Made by a program: the position numbers and the translations under genes
Shown: piece after piece, positions 50,689 through 60,002 of the stretch
Layout: the number at the start of each line of letters is the position of its first letter
Numbering within the stretch: position 1 is the stretch's first letter
Assembly (NCBI GenBank): GCA_963701075.1
Contig: OY969559.1
Span: forward strand, 352,001-416,000
Reading direction: 5' to 3'
DNA from: an uncultured Nitrososphaerota archaeon
Lineage (GTDB): Archaea; Thermoproteota; Nitrososphaeria; Nitrososphaerales; Nitrosopumilaceae
DNA: 64,000 bases
The notes under the pieces: generated by a model
What the model was told of the DNA's origin: nothing
The model's input: only the letters and a program-made list of their open reading frames with translations
Databases searched by the model: none

Positions 50689-51132
50689 GTGAGGTATATC
50701 ATAACCACAATGCTGGCAATGACCGTACTTTTAGTTTCAGGCTTTGCGCTTCCAGCTTCACAGGCAGCGGCACCTACACAAAACTTGGTTTCTCAAAGTA
50801 GTGTTGTCATGCAAAAATCTGTAATCAGCATGAACATTCCACCTGATCCAAAACTGCCGTATGGTTGTGTCTGGGGAACGGTACAAAATGCTGCACCAGG
50901 TTATCCAGTTGACATTGAAATTTACCAAAATGGCAAACCAGTTTACGTTGCACAAGCCAATGTAACTTCCGACGGTTCATATCAGAAATATTTCAGAGTC
51001 ATGAACGTTGATAGTACAGGACATGAAACCAACATTTTTGAGGGAGATTACACAGTTGACATTTTCAAATATGTTCTAAACTCTACATCTAGCGCTACAT
51101 CCGGCACTACATCTAGCACCACTTCTACCTAA
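50689..51132 (+). CDS. Secreted Ig-like hypothetical protein with Ser/Thr tail
   Basis: Signal peptide; WGTV...PV.I.IY...GSY...F...GDYTV. Confidence 0.7.
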   Translation: MRYIITTMLAMTVLLVSGFALPASQAAAPTQNLVSQSSVVMQKSVISMNIPPDPKLPYGCVWGTVQNAAPGYPVDIEIYQNGKPVYVAQANVTSDGSYQKYFRVMNVDSTGHETNIFEGDYTVDIFKYVLNSTSSATSGTTSSTTST

Positions 51133-51167
51133 ACAAGATTAAGAACAAAGATTCAGCTTCAGAATAA

Positions 51168-51998
51168 TCAAGTTTTTGTCCATCCGCGCTCTTCCAATAT
51201 TTTTGCAGTTCCAGGCGTCACGCAAGCAGGTGTTCCGCCATCTGACTTTATTATGAGGACAAAAGATGCATTGCATTTTACCTTCTGTATTGGCGTACCT
51301 TCTTTAATCTGCTGCAATGGCAAAAGCGGTAACAGCTGCGATGGTTGTACTGGAGGGCAGATGTTTCTTACTTGGTTGCCATAAGGGACAAAGCCACTGA
51401 AAACACTACTACAATCATTGTCTATGGTACCATTGTTATTGTGAATCATGCCGCGCCTGTCGTCAATGATGCTGCCATTGTAGTTGTATATTGTACCATA
51501 GTTGTAGGTACTGCCATAATTATTGATGGTTCCATTTAGGTTGTAAATTGATGCATAATTATTGATGGTTCCATCGCTGTCTGTGAGCGTGCCGTGGTTG
51601 TAAATATTGCCGCCATTGATATTGTATATGACACTAAATTCATCATTTGTGATGGTGCCGTAATTGTATATGGTCCCGTCGTTATTGGTTATGATGCCAG
51701 TATTTTCAAGATGTATGTCAGGACCGACCACTAGCTTGTCTGTATTGCCAAGCTGTAGCGCCCCACTGATTACACATGTTATGAAGAGTGGATTCCAACT
51801 TCCATTCATTTCCTGGCATGATGCCTTGTCCATTATGCTGTAATTTGTTGCCTTGACCTCTTGGATGGGAAGATAAAGAACAGAAAATAACAAAATGAAA
51901 GATACCGGGAGAACAAGGCTGTTTGTCTTTCTGTACACACTTCTCTTAGTGAAGATCTTATAAAAGATGATCCAGTACAGAATTGATAAAAAAATCAA
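51168..51998 (-). CDS. Secreted Asn-rich repeat (beta-helix-like) protein
   Basis: About 12 GTI.N[YN]-type repeats; C-terminal C...PACV...L..RGW module. Confidence 0.7.
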   Translation of the reverse strand: MIFLSILYWIIFYKIFTKRSVYRKTNSLVLPVSFILLFSVLYLPIQEVKATNYSIMDKASCQEMNGSWNPLFITCVISGALQLGNTDKLVVGPDIHLENTGIITNNDGTIYNYGTITNDEFSVIYNINGGNIYNHGTLTDSDGTINNYASIYNLNGTINNYGSTYNYGTIYNYNGSIIDDRRGMIHNNNGTIDNDCSSVFSGFVPYGNQVRNICPPVQPSQLLPLLPLQQIKEGTPIQKVKCNASFVLIIKSDGGTPACVTPGTAKILEERGWTKT

Positions 51999-52027
51999 GC
52001 TCTTCTTTGGGTGGTAAAGTAAATAGG

Positions 52028-52121
52028 CGGGCTCGGAGGGCTTCGATCCCTCGGCCTGTAACTTAGGAGGCTACCGCGCTATCCAAGTTTCGCGTCATTA
52101 AAGACTCTGCGCCACGAGCCC
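52028..52121 (-). tRNA. tRNA-Arg(CCT) with a 19-nt intron in the D-loop (52088-52106)
   Basis: Reverse complement GGGCTCGTGGCGCAG[AGTCTTTAATGACGCGAAA]CTTGGATAGCGCGGTAGC-CT-CCT-AA-GTTACAGGCCGAGGGATCGAAGCCCTCCGAGCCCG. Confidence 0.9.
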
Positions 52122-52146
52122 TATGAAAATCAAACTTGGTAACAAT

Positions 52147-52857
52147 TTAAGCGTAATCGAGATTTGAAATTATCATCTCATGAATTTGCTGCCAATTTGG
52201 ATCACTGGCGTTATTCCATCTCTCATAGTATACAACATCCTTCAAAGCAAGTCTGTCAAGCCAACCTGCCTTTTCCAAGTCTGGTTTTTCAGCAAAGCCT
52301 GTAACATGCCCAAGACACAGATATGCAACAGGGATAACATGCTCCGGAATGTCAAGAATTTTTTTGAGATCATCGTTTGAAAGTATGCTAACCCAGCCAA
52401 CCCCTATATCTTCGGCTCTTGCTGCAAGCCAGAGATTTTGTATGGCACAACAAACGCTATAAATTCCAGTCTCGGGTATGCTGGACCTTCCTATCACAAA
52501 AGGTCCAAACTTGGAAGGGTCATAGGTAACACAGACATTTAGTGCAGAATCCAAGATTCCTTCAAGCCGCAATGCAAGATATTTTGATCTCTTGGGATCT
52601 TCTATCAGATTAGAGGAACGCATTCTTTCTTTGTCAAAAGAATCTTTTACCTTTCTTCTTGATTCTTTATCTTTGATTAGAATAAAGTTCCATGGCTGTG
52701 AAAAACCCACTGAAGGTGCATGATGAGCTGCATTGAGTATTCTTGATAAGGCCTTTTCATCTATTGGCTCAGAAGTAAAATGAGACCTTACATCCCGTCT
52801 TGAAAATACTGCTTTGTAAAAGCCATCTTTTTCTTCTGGTGAAAAATCACCATTCAT
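52147..52857 (-). CDS. bluB: 5,6-dimethylbenzimidazole synthase
   Basis: RRDVR, APSVGFSQPWNF, LEGI, SVCCAIQNLWLAARAE.IGVGWVS. Confidence 0.93.
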   Translation of the reverse strand: MNGDFSPEEKDGFYKAVFSRRDVRSHFTSEPIDEKALSRILNAAHHAPSVGFSQPWNFILIKDKESRRKVKDSFDKERMRSSNLIEDPKRSKYLALRLEGILDSALNVCVTYDPSKFGPFVIGRSSIPETGIYSVCCAIQNLWLAARAEDIGVGWVSILSNDDLKKILDIPEHVIPVAYLCLGHVTGFAEKPDLEKAGWLDRLALKDVVYYERWNNASDPNWQQIHEMIISNLDYA

Positions 52858-52938
52858 AGGTATCAACCCAGAATGTTCGCATATTACTCTTGTTTTTTTA
52901 AAACATTAATAACATGTGCAACAAGGTCGTATTTCATT

Positions 52939-53012
52939 GGGCCGATGGTCTAGCCTGGTAGGATACCCCCCTGACACGGGGGTGGTCGAGAGTTCAAATC
53001 TCTCTCGGCCCA
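52939..53012 (+). tRNA. tRNA-Val(GAC)
   Basis: GGGCCGATGGTCTAGCCTGGTAGGATACCCCC-CT-GAC-AC-GGGGGTGGTCGAGAGTTCAAATCTCTCTCGGCCCA cloverleaf. Confidence 0.96.
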
Positions 53013-53257
53013 TATTATTACACTTTACGGGCATCGTTACGATCTGAACTGCATTAGAAGTGAGATAATGACTGGTTGAATCCTCTGCGCGATCAGAGAA
53101 TTATCTTCCAATCTTGCTGTATACAGTTGGCAAGGATTACGTTGTAAGACAGTGTGTTCCTACTCGATTTATCTCTCATACGCGTAATTATGGCATGTCA
53201 CGACTTGTACGCAAAGGTAGCCGTGGATCTGAGTGGTATGTGAGTAGAAGAAACTAC

Positions 53258-53942
53258 ATGAAGATAAAACTCGCAGTTGGTGTGGTAGTAGCTTTGATGA
53301 TGATCCCAGTAATAGCTCAGCACAGCTATGCAGATGGTGACGTGGTAGCCAAGGATTGCACTGCTGTCAATCTGCAGTACAATGAATTTCTCTACAAAGA
53401 AGATATCAATGGAATTAATCAGGCAGCCAGCCTCTATGTTGAAGCATATCCTCACTATAGCATGGGTAAGTTAGCCGGCTATATGGATAATGTCTACCTC
53501 AATCAGCCAGTAGAACTTGCTCAATGTCTAAACGAGTTGGCAATAAACCCTGCATCAGTCAGCTCAACTATCTCCATTGGCATATGGTGCATTGGTGTAC
53601 GACAAAGCACAACTGCAGGGCTACTCGCCTAATTTTCTAAAAGAAATACCTACGCCACAAGTTGATACGATACAAAACGTAGTACAACATCAGGCACTAC
53701 CTGTACAGAAGGAAATTGTTCAAGATCAAAGACAGTCATCTCCTGCAGAGCCAAATCCTGTGCAGGCAGCAGTCAAACCAGTACAGGATACGTCTGTAGC
53801 TATACAGGAAAACCAACAGCAAATTCCTGCAGAATATGTCTCTGTGGCAGTTGTTGCAGCAGTAGCTCTGGGAATAGCCATAGTCTTCTTTGACAAAATA
53901 GCCAAGGATCTAGTTCTGCTTGGACACCACAGAGCATTCTGA
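53258..53942 (+). CDS. Surface protein: signal peptide, Gln/Pro-rich stalk, C-terminal TM; apparent frameshift at 53560
   Basis: MKIKLAVGVVVALMMIPVIAQHSYA; two ORFs join when C53560 is removed. Confidence 0.7.
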
Positions 53943-53999
53943 AAAACCCGCCTCTTTCTAGCCCATTTCTTTTTATTTTAATGTCACATGTAGAGTGCT

Positions 54000-54398
54000 A
54001 TGGTAAAATTTACTCCAAAAGAGATCAAGTTTCTAAAGGAAAATGAAGGATGCAGGGTTGCAACAAGCCTGGATGACCATCCACACATAGCTCCTGTAAC
54101 ATGCTACTTTGAGGATGGATGGTTTTATTTTGCAACTGACTATGACACAAAAAAGTATTCAAATCTAAAAAAGAATAAAAATATTGCAATATCTGTTGAT
54201 ATTTACAATCCTGGAAAGCACAAGGGAGTAGTGGTACAGGGCTTGGCAACCTTCATCGAGAAGGGAAGCGAGTTCAAGCGGCTGTATGACATATTTTACA
54301 AAAACTATGCATGGGTAAGGGCCATGCCGTGGAAAGAAGGCGAAGCTCCTTTTGTGAAAATTGTTCCTAAAAAGAAAGTAAGCTGGGGTATCGGCTAG
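54000..54398 (+). CDS. Pyridoxamine 5'-phosphate oxidase-like split-barrel (FMN/F420) protein
   Basis: CRVAT...PHIAPV...T...TKK..NL...IAISVD...SWG. Confidence 0.88.
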   Translation: MVKFTPKEIKFLKENEGCRVATSLDDHPHIAPVTCYFEDGWFYFATDYDTKKYSNLKKNKNIAISVDIYNPGKHKGVVVQGLATFIEKGSEFKRLYDIFYKNYAWVRAMPWKEGEAPFVKIVPKKKVSWGIG

Positions 54399-54895
54399 CC
54401 AAGCGTTACATCAAAGTTTTTAGTGATCAAGGTAAGGGTTGATTCTATTGTAACTTGACCTTTTACCTCATACTTGATTGAAGATCCGTTTACTATTGAA
54501 TTGTAGATATCAGATATGTTGGGTGAATCCACAAGCTGGAAACTAGTGTCTGGAACTGTCATGTTGCTTTCTGGGAACAATGCAGGTCTTCCAGCCATTG
54601 GAATGTCCTCTACACTGTAGTGACCCTGACCAACATCTTGGCCGTTTGCATACAGGTCATAATCAATTGTTGAAATGGTAGAGGTGATTGATGTTGGATT
54701 ATAGAGAACGTAATCAAGTTCAAGATTTGCACGGTTGTTGATCTTATCTACGCTAAGCACTTTGATAGTTTGAACACTGACTGTTATCTGTTCTAGTTGT
54801 GGTTGGTATGAATCTGCATATAGAAAGAAGAAAAGCATGAGTGCGCCTAAACCTGCAAAAGCTGCAACCAGTACTGCCTTTTTTGTGTTAATCAA
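54395..54895 (-). CDS. LEA_2/WHy-domain membrane-anchored protein
   Basis: TM; YNPTS...IDYDLYANG..VGQG. Confidence 0.75.
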   Translation of the reverse strand: MINTKKAVLVAAFAGLGALMLFFFLYADSYQPQLEQITVSVQTIKVLSVDKINNRANLELDYVLYNPTSITSTISTIDYDLYANGQDVGQGHYSVEDIPMAGRPALFPESNMTVPDTSFQLVDSPNISDIYNSIVNGSSIKYEVKGQVTIESTLTLITKNFDVTLG

Positions 54896-54994
54896 TCTAA
54901 AAGCTACGGGACTTATTGAATTAAAAAACCTTCTCAGATGAATTATTGCTTAATCATGATAATAGATATTATGAGTTAGCTTTGGTATAGAGAC

Positions 54995-55489
54995 ATGCCA
55001 ATTTCTGATGCATTAATTATGTGGGCGCATCTTGTTGCTGCGTCAATTTGGGTCGGGGGCTCCATATTCATAGGAATAGTTCTTGCTCCACTTCTCAAGA
55101 CAATGTCAGACACTGTGGAGGGAAGATTGTCAATTATGATTCGCGTGGGCAGGAAATTCAACAAAATCGCCATTCCTTCTCTACTAATACTCATTGTAAC
55201 TGGAATCTATAATTCCAGCAACTTGCTGGTCAGGCCATCGCTAATACTTTCAACAACATATGGCCAGATCCTTGTAATCAAAGTCATTCTTGTCATAATT
55301 TTACTGGTAACATTTGCAATACATGTAAGGCTGATTCGAGTTGAAATAGAACAAAAGATCGAATCAAGACAATTTTCAGAAGAACTTGTACAGAAAATTC
55401 GCTCAAAAATCATTGCCTTGGGAAGGATTACTGTAATAGTGTCTATTGCCATACTTCTCATGGCTGCGTTATTGCATTCCGGAGTCTGA
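54995..55489 (+). CDS. copD: CopD-family membrane protein
   Basis: WAHLVAASIWVGG, TGIYN, YGQILVIK. Confidence 0.8.
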   Translation: MPISDALIMWAHLVAASIWVGGSIFIGIVLAPLLKTMSDTVEGRLSIMIRVGRKFNKIAIPSLLILIVTGIYNSSNLLVRPSLILSTTYGQILVIKVILVIILLVTFAIHVRLIRVEIEQKIESRQFSEELVQKIRSKIIALGRITVIVSIAILLMAALLHSGV

Positions 55490-56499
55490 ATTTCCAGTAT
55501 TCGTACTTCAAACCCAGAATCAAGCTTTCCTATTCCATATTTGCAGTTTGTTATCTTTGATGCAACAAAGAGGTTTGTCTCTAAATGTTTTGTAATTTGG
55601 TTTACTCGAAAGACCGAGGTCTTGGGAATCAATGAGAGTGGAACAACTAGCATGTCTGACAGAGAAAGGTCTACTCCTAGGCTTGACTCTATGAATTTTT
55701 CTGCAACAGTTTTTCCTATTACTGGTATGTTTTTTTGATAAATTATATCCGATCCAATCACTGATGTATCATCGTGTGAAAATACCAAAATTGAACATCC
55801 CCTGTCTAGGGCATTTTCTTCATTGATAAAATGATCAACCTTGAAACCATTCTCTTCAAGAACTTTCCTGGCACCATCTACCTCTTGCTGTACGACATCC
55901 TTTGGTATGCCGTGGTATGAACAGAGCACCTTTGCAGATTTTGCTGTGCGCCCAAGAAGTGACACCGCCTTGGTGTTTTTACAAGGAAAAATTTCTGTCT
56001 CTATTAATCCTCCGCCCTTTGGATAGTATCCGCGTTTTTTGATCTCAAGTGAAAAATTAATCCCAATCCTAGAAAATGCCTCACCTAGCACAAGTTTTGT
56101 ATAGTCTGCAGTAGGGCTCCACGGCACATCGGTTCCACCGGTAATGGAGATCTTCAATCTCTTTTTAAGAAGTGAAACGACAGGAATCAGAACCTGTAAA
56201 ATTAAAGGAACACTTCCGGCAGTACCTACATCCTCCCTGAGCTCCGTGTCAATCACATCTGATGGAGAAAACCTTAGACTGGTAGAGCCAACATGCAAAC
56301 CCTCTACCTTTGCCTGACAAATTTTTGATAGAATTTTTACTCCTAGCACGTGTTGGGGTCTCAAGCCTGGGACTTTTCTATTGCTGCGAATATTTTCTAT
56401 CTCGACTGGCTTGCCAGTTATTGTGGACAGCGTTACTGCGCTTCGAATTACCTGTCCTCCTCCCTCTCCAAAAGAGCCGTCTATTCTTACTGGTTCCAT
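55469..56499 (-). CDS. rtcA: RNA 3'-terminal phosphate cyclase; apparent 1-nt deletion at ~55497 creates a spurious 3' extension
   Basis: DGSFGEGGGQ, IR..R..PGLRPQH, GGTDV, GYYPKGGG, HLETN; restoring one base gives ...RIAGNSDSGMQ* ending at 55469. Confidence 0.92.
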
Positions 56500-56606
56500 G
56501 TAGAGTTTGGTGGAATTTACGAATTTAATTGATGGTTCTGTCTATTCTACGGTTGATGGCCGCCAGACAAGCTGCTTTGTGATAAAAATTTGTCATTAAC
56601 TACAGA

Positions 56607-56807
56607 TTAGGCAGAATCTGGTTTATGATCTGAAATGTCGTCTCTTATGGCTGACTTTACCTTCAGCAATAACTCCGGCGGTATTTCAAAATAACCGTGT
56701 GCTTTTGCATGGCTCTCTACCATTACCATAAGTTCTCCTTCTGTTGCTGCTGCGGCACGCCAATCGCAGTTGACTCCTACATCGGAACATCGAATGCTTT
56801 TTGTCAT
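56607..56807 (-). CDS. Small metal-binding protein (DUF1059-like)
   Basis: IRCSDVGVNCDW...A.TE.ELM....HA..HG. Confidence 0.8.
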   Translation of the reverse strand: MTKSIRCSDVGVNCDWRAAAATEGELMVMVESHAKAHGYFEIPPELLLKVKSAIRDDISDHKPDSA

Positions 56808-57001
56808 TGAAGTAATTGCCTTGTAGTGTGATTTGTCCCTATGGCACATAGATTATGTAAAAATCGATTACATATGAAAAAAATTCCAAAGTATGTTTGT
56901 ACCAGCTATCTATAGAGGACTGTAATCTTGGCCAGACAAATTATGGAATAACCGTAAAAACCATTGACAATTTTTACATTCATAAAAAAGATAACAAAGC
57001 C

Positions 57002-57295
57002 ATGCAAAAATTATCACAAGTCAGTCATACTCACAAGATAGCAACTGCTCATCTCATCATAAAGTGCAGATCTGGGAAGGAAAATTGCGTCATTGAACAA
57101 TTAAAAAATATAGATGCCGTCAAAAGTGTCCAGAGAACGATTGGGGAGTTTGATATTTTAGTAAAGGTGGAATCAGATGATTCTGATTCGTTGAGAAGGC
57201 TGATCAAGTGGAAAATAATGAAAAATGATAAAATTCAGTCTATTACCACCTTGATGTGCACTAGAAGATCGTTGTGTGTGATTGTCGAGGAATAA
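57002..57295 (+). CDS. Stand-alone Lrp/AsnC ligand-binding domain protein
   Basis: GKE..VIEQLK.I..V.....TIGEFDILVKVE...ITTL. Confidence 0.8.
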   Translation: MQKLSQVSHTHKIATAHLIIKCRSGKENCVIEQLKNIDAVKSVQRTIGEFDILVKVESDDSDSLRRLIKWKIMKNDKIQSITTLMCTRRSLCVIVEE

Positions 57296-57460
57296 AATGA
57301 AAAAGGAACAAAATGCAAGCAAGAGAAAAATCTATGAAAGGCCGCCTTTTCTTGGCCTGACAACAGTCACGTGGGTGTATGGTGATCTCTACATCAAATT
57401 TGTCAATTCTGCAATACCAGTATAACAAGCACAAAAAGAGAACTTGAGAAATATATTGAA

Positions 57461-57898
57461 TTATTTTCTATAGGACGGCAAGTTAAATTTTATTATGATG
57501 TGAGCAATTTTTGTGGCAAGCGATATGGGGCTGATGTTTTTTGTTGCTGTGACAACGACAAGATTTTCACTGAGAGGAAAACTGAACATGACAAAATTAC
57601 TTTTTGAAAAATGATATTGTATGGGACCGTAAAGGTCATCTAATTCTTCACCTAATGATATATCGAAAAGACATCGACCTAAATTCCTCTCGCTTCTTTC
57701 TTCCCTGCTTATCTTTATGATTCTATCAGAGCCTAGTTTTCCAAGCGTTGAACCCTGCTTGCTGATTATTTCTACTGACTGGATGTTGTTGTTGGAATTG
57801 ATTACTGATCTGCATAGTTTGTCTAGACTAAATGATTTTGTGGTAGAATACACGTTATTCCTATTATTTCCACTCTTTAAAAAGAATGATCGTCTCAA
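57461..57898 (-). CDS. Roadblock/profilin-like thaumarchaeal protein (DUF6659-like)
   Basis: LC..V.....IQSVEIISKQG...LDDLYGPIQY...FSFPL...VVV; paralog of 60890..61297. Confidence 0.6.
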   Translation of the reverse strand: MRRSFFLKSGNNRNNVYSTTKSFSLDKLCRSVINSNNNIQSVEIISKQGSTLGKLGSDRIIKISREERSERNLGRCLFDISLGEELDDLYGPIQYHFSKSNFVMFSFPLSENLVVVTATKNISPISLATKIAHIIIKFNLPSYRK

Positions 57899-57942
57899 GT
57901 CATGACATGTAGCGATCAGGTTTATCTTTTTTGAATTTTGCT

Positions 57943-58323
57943 TTATCTAGATTTAGACCATTTTTTCATCCATTGCAAAAGGCTTATCATGGATTCTACA
58001 AGTTCTTGTCCCTTGCTTGTCAGTCTATATTCTACTCTAGGCGGGATCTCATTGTACGATAATCTTTCCAACACTCCACTTTTCTCCAATTCCTTTAATC
58101 TTGTTGCCAGAGTCCTGCTACTCATTCCCTTCAAGGTGTCCTTGAATTGTTTATGTCTCACGGGTTTTGTGGTACAACATAAAGGAATTAGAATCTCAAG
58201 TGTGCCTCTTTTGGTAATTATTTTCCTTATCTTGGCAGTCTCTGCCATGAGAGACAAGGCATCATATCCTTCAAAACCGCACACGTCTTGAATGATAGGA
58301 ATTGTTTTTCTTTTAGTTTCCAT
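57943..58323 (-). CDS. HxlR-family winged-helix regulator
   Basis: LKGMSSRTLATRLKELE..G...R..Y.EIPPRVEYRLT.KG. Confidence 0.92.
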   Translation of the reverse strand: METKRKTIPIIQDVCGFEGYDALSLMAETAKIRKIITKRGTLEILIPLCCTTKPVRHKQFKDTLKGMSSRTLATRLKELEKSGVLERLSYNEIPPRVEYRLTSKGQELVESMISLLQWMKKWSKSR

Positions 58324-58396
58324 CTTTACACCAACTGTAATTGTTTCTCCTTTACAACTTAAATGGTTTACTATCTAAACTATTATCAGAATTAAA

Positions 58397-58819
58397 ATGG
58401 GGTTGTTTGGAAAGCCAAAGCCAAAAAAGAAAGTATTGTTTGCCTGCATAGAAAATGCAGGACGAAGCCAGATGGCAGAAGGTTTCTTTAGAAAATATGC
58501 TCCAGAGGGATGGGACGCAGTAAGTGGCGGAACAATTCCCAAGTCATATGTCAATCCGCTTGCTATACAAGTAATGAAAGAAGTTGGAATAGATATTAGC
58601 AATCAAAAGGCAAAGATATTATCTGAAGATCAAATTCGAGCTGCAGATTTGAAGGTGAATATGGGATGCATAGATACAACAAATTGTCCTTCTCTTGTTC
58701 TAGGTAATTATGCAGATTGGGGAATTGATGACCCTAAAGACAAACCAATAGAGAAAGTCAGAGAGATAAGAGATCAAATAGAAATCAGAGTGAAAGAACT
58801 TGTCAAGGGATTAAAGTGA
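58397..58819 (+). CDS. arsC: Arsenate reductase ArsC (LMW-PTP fold), copy 1
   Basis: FACIENAGRSQMAE, GC...CP, W.IDDP; ars context. Confidence 0.88.
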   Translation: MGLFGKPKPKKKVLFACIENAGRSQMAEGFFRKYAPEGWDAVSGGTIPKSYVNPLAIQVMKEVGIDISNQKAKILSEDQIRAADLKVNMGCIDTTNCPSLVLGNYADWGIDDPKDKPIEKVREIRDQIEIRVKELVKGLK

Positions 58820-59574
58820 GTGATACAATAAAAGAAAAGGTAAAGGAAAGATACGGCAAGATTGCATTAACTGGAAACTCCGACTGTTGCTGTATGCCTG
58901 GAGAATGCAGTACAAATGATTCTCCTATTGATGCTACAAAAATAATTGGCTACGATCCAAAAGAGTTGGAATCAATCCCACAAGAATCCATTTTAGGTGT
59001 AGGCTGCGGTGCACCAATAAAATTTGCAGATCTCAAAGAAGGTGAAACTGTTTTAGATCTTGGTTCAGGTGCAGGAATAGATGCATTCCTGTCTGCAAAC
59101 AAGGTATCAAAATCAGGCAAAGTGATTGGCATTGACATGACTGACGAAATGTTAGAAAAAGCAAAGACAAATGCACGCAATGGCAATTATACCAATGTAG
59201 AATTTAGAAAAGGGGACATTGAGAAAAATATCCCAGTAAATGATGATACCATTGATGCAGTAATCAGTAACTGCGTGATTAATCTTACTGCAGACAAGAC
59301 AAGTGCATTCAGAGAAGTTTACAGAATTTTAAGAAAGGGCGGAAGAATGGTAATTTCTGATCTAGTAACAGACAAAGAACTAGAACAAGACCAGATCAAT
59401 GCAGAACAATGGTGTAGCTGTATTGATGGAGCATTGACACAGGAACACTATATTGAAAGTATCAAGGAAGCTGGCTTTCATGATGTTAGTGTTCTAGACC
59501 AGAGAGTGTACATGGAAGGCGAGAAGGTAGATGGCAGAAAAATCACCAGTCTTGTAATTAAAGCAATAAAGTGA
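58816..59574 (+). CDS. arsM: Arsenite S-adenosylmethionine methyltransferase
   Basis: VKERYG, CCC, LGVGCGAP, LDLGSGAGID, SNCVIN, WCSCIDGA. Confidence 0.92.
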   Translation: MSDTIKEKVKERYGKIALTGNSDCCCMPGECSTNDSPIDATKIIGYDPKELESIPQESILGVGCGAPIKFADLKEGETVLDLGSGAGIDAFLSANKVSKSGKVIGIDMTDEMLEKAKTNARNGNYTNVEFRKGDIEKNIPVNDDTIDAVISNCVINLTADKTSAFREVYRILRKGGRMVISDLVTDKELEQDQINAEQWCSCIDGALTQEHYIESIKEAGFHDVSVLDQRVYMEGEKVDGRKITSLVIKAIK

Positions 59575-60002
59575 GTGTTATGAATTTTTTCGAGCAGTCA
59601 AAGGACCAAAAAAAGATCCTATTTGTTTGTGTTGAAAACGCAGGACGAAGCCAGATGGCAGAGGGTTTCTTTAGAAAGTATGCTCCAAATGGATATGAGG
59701 CAATAAGTGCTGGAACAAAACCCACACCAGAGATAAATCCTGTTGCAGTAGAGGCAATGAAAGAAATTGGAATCGACCTTAGCAAACAGAAACCAAAGAT
59801 GCTAACTAGTGAAATTATTTCAGATTCAATTCTGAGCGTAAATATGGGCTGCATGGATAAAATTGAGTGCCCTGCAGTTTTTATGAAAAACTCTGTTGAC
59901 TGGGATATCGAAGACCCCAAAGGAAAGCCCATTGAGAAAGTGCGCGAGATAAGAGACCACATTGAACTAAAGGTAAGACAACTTTGCAAAACTCTAGAAT
60001 AA
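59571..60002 (+). CDS. arsC: Arsenate reductase ArsC, copy 2
   Basis: FVCVENAGRSQMAE, GCMDKIECP, WDIEDP. Confidence 0.88.
   Translation: MSVMNFFEQSKDQKKILFVCVENAGRSQMAEGFFRKYAPNGYEAISAGTKPTPEINPVAVEAMKEIGIDLSKQKPKMLTSEIISDSILSVNMGCMDKIECPAVFMKNSVDWDIEDPKGKPIEKVREIRDHIELKVRQLCKTLE

Noticed and set aside
53013-53257. Possible integrated element or att site downstream of tRNA-Val
   Set aside because: No integrase and no duplicated tRNA 3' end seen in the window; only a modest hairpin near 53110-53140
55207-55489. Apparent 283-nt antisense overlap of rtcA with copD
   Set aside because: Restoring one base at ~55497 ends RtcA at 55469, leaving an ordinary ~20-nt convergent overlap
56525-56600. 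GATGG...TGATGG segment resembling a fluoride riboswitch
   Set aside because: The required pseudoknot pairing is not evident and no fluoride-related gene follows
57297-57425. 42-aa ORF MKKEQNASKRKIYERPPFLGLTTVTW... with a YxxP motif like a lasso/RiPP leader
   Set aside because: Imperfect motif and no peptidase, cyclase, RRE or other maturase nearby; may be a real small ORF but is unsupported
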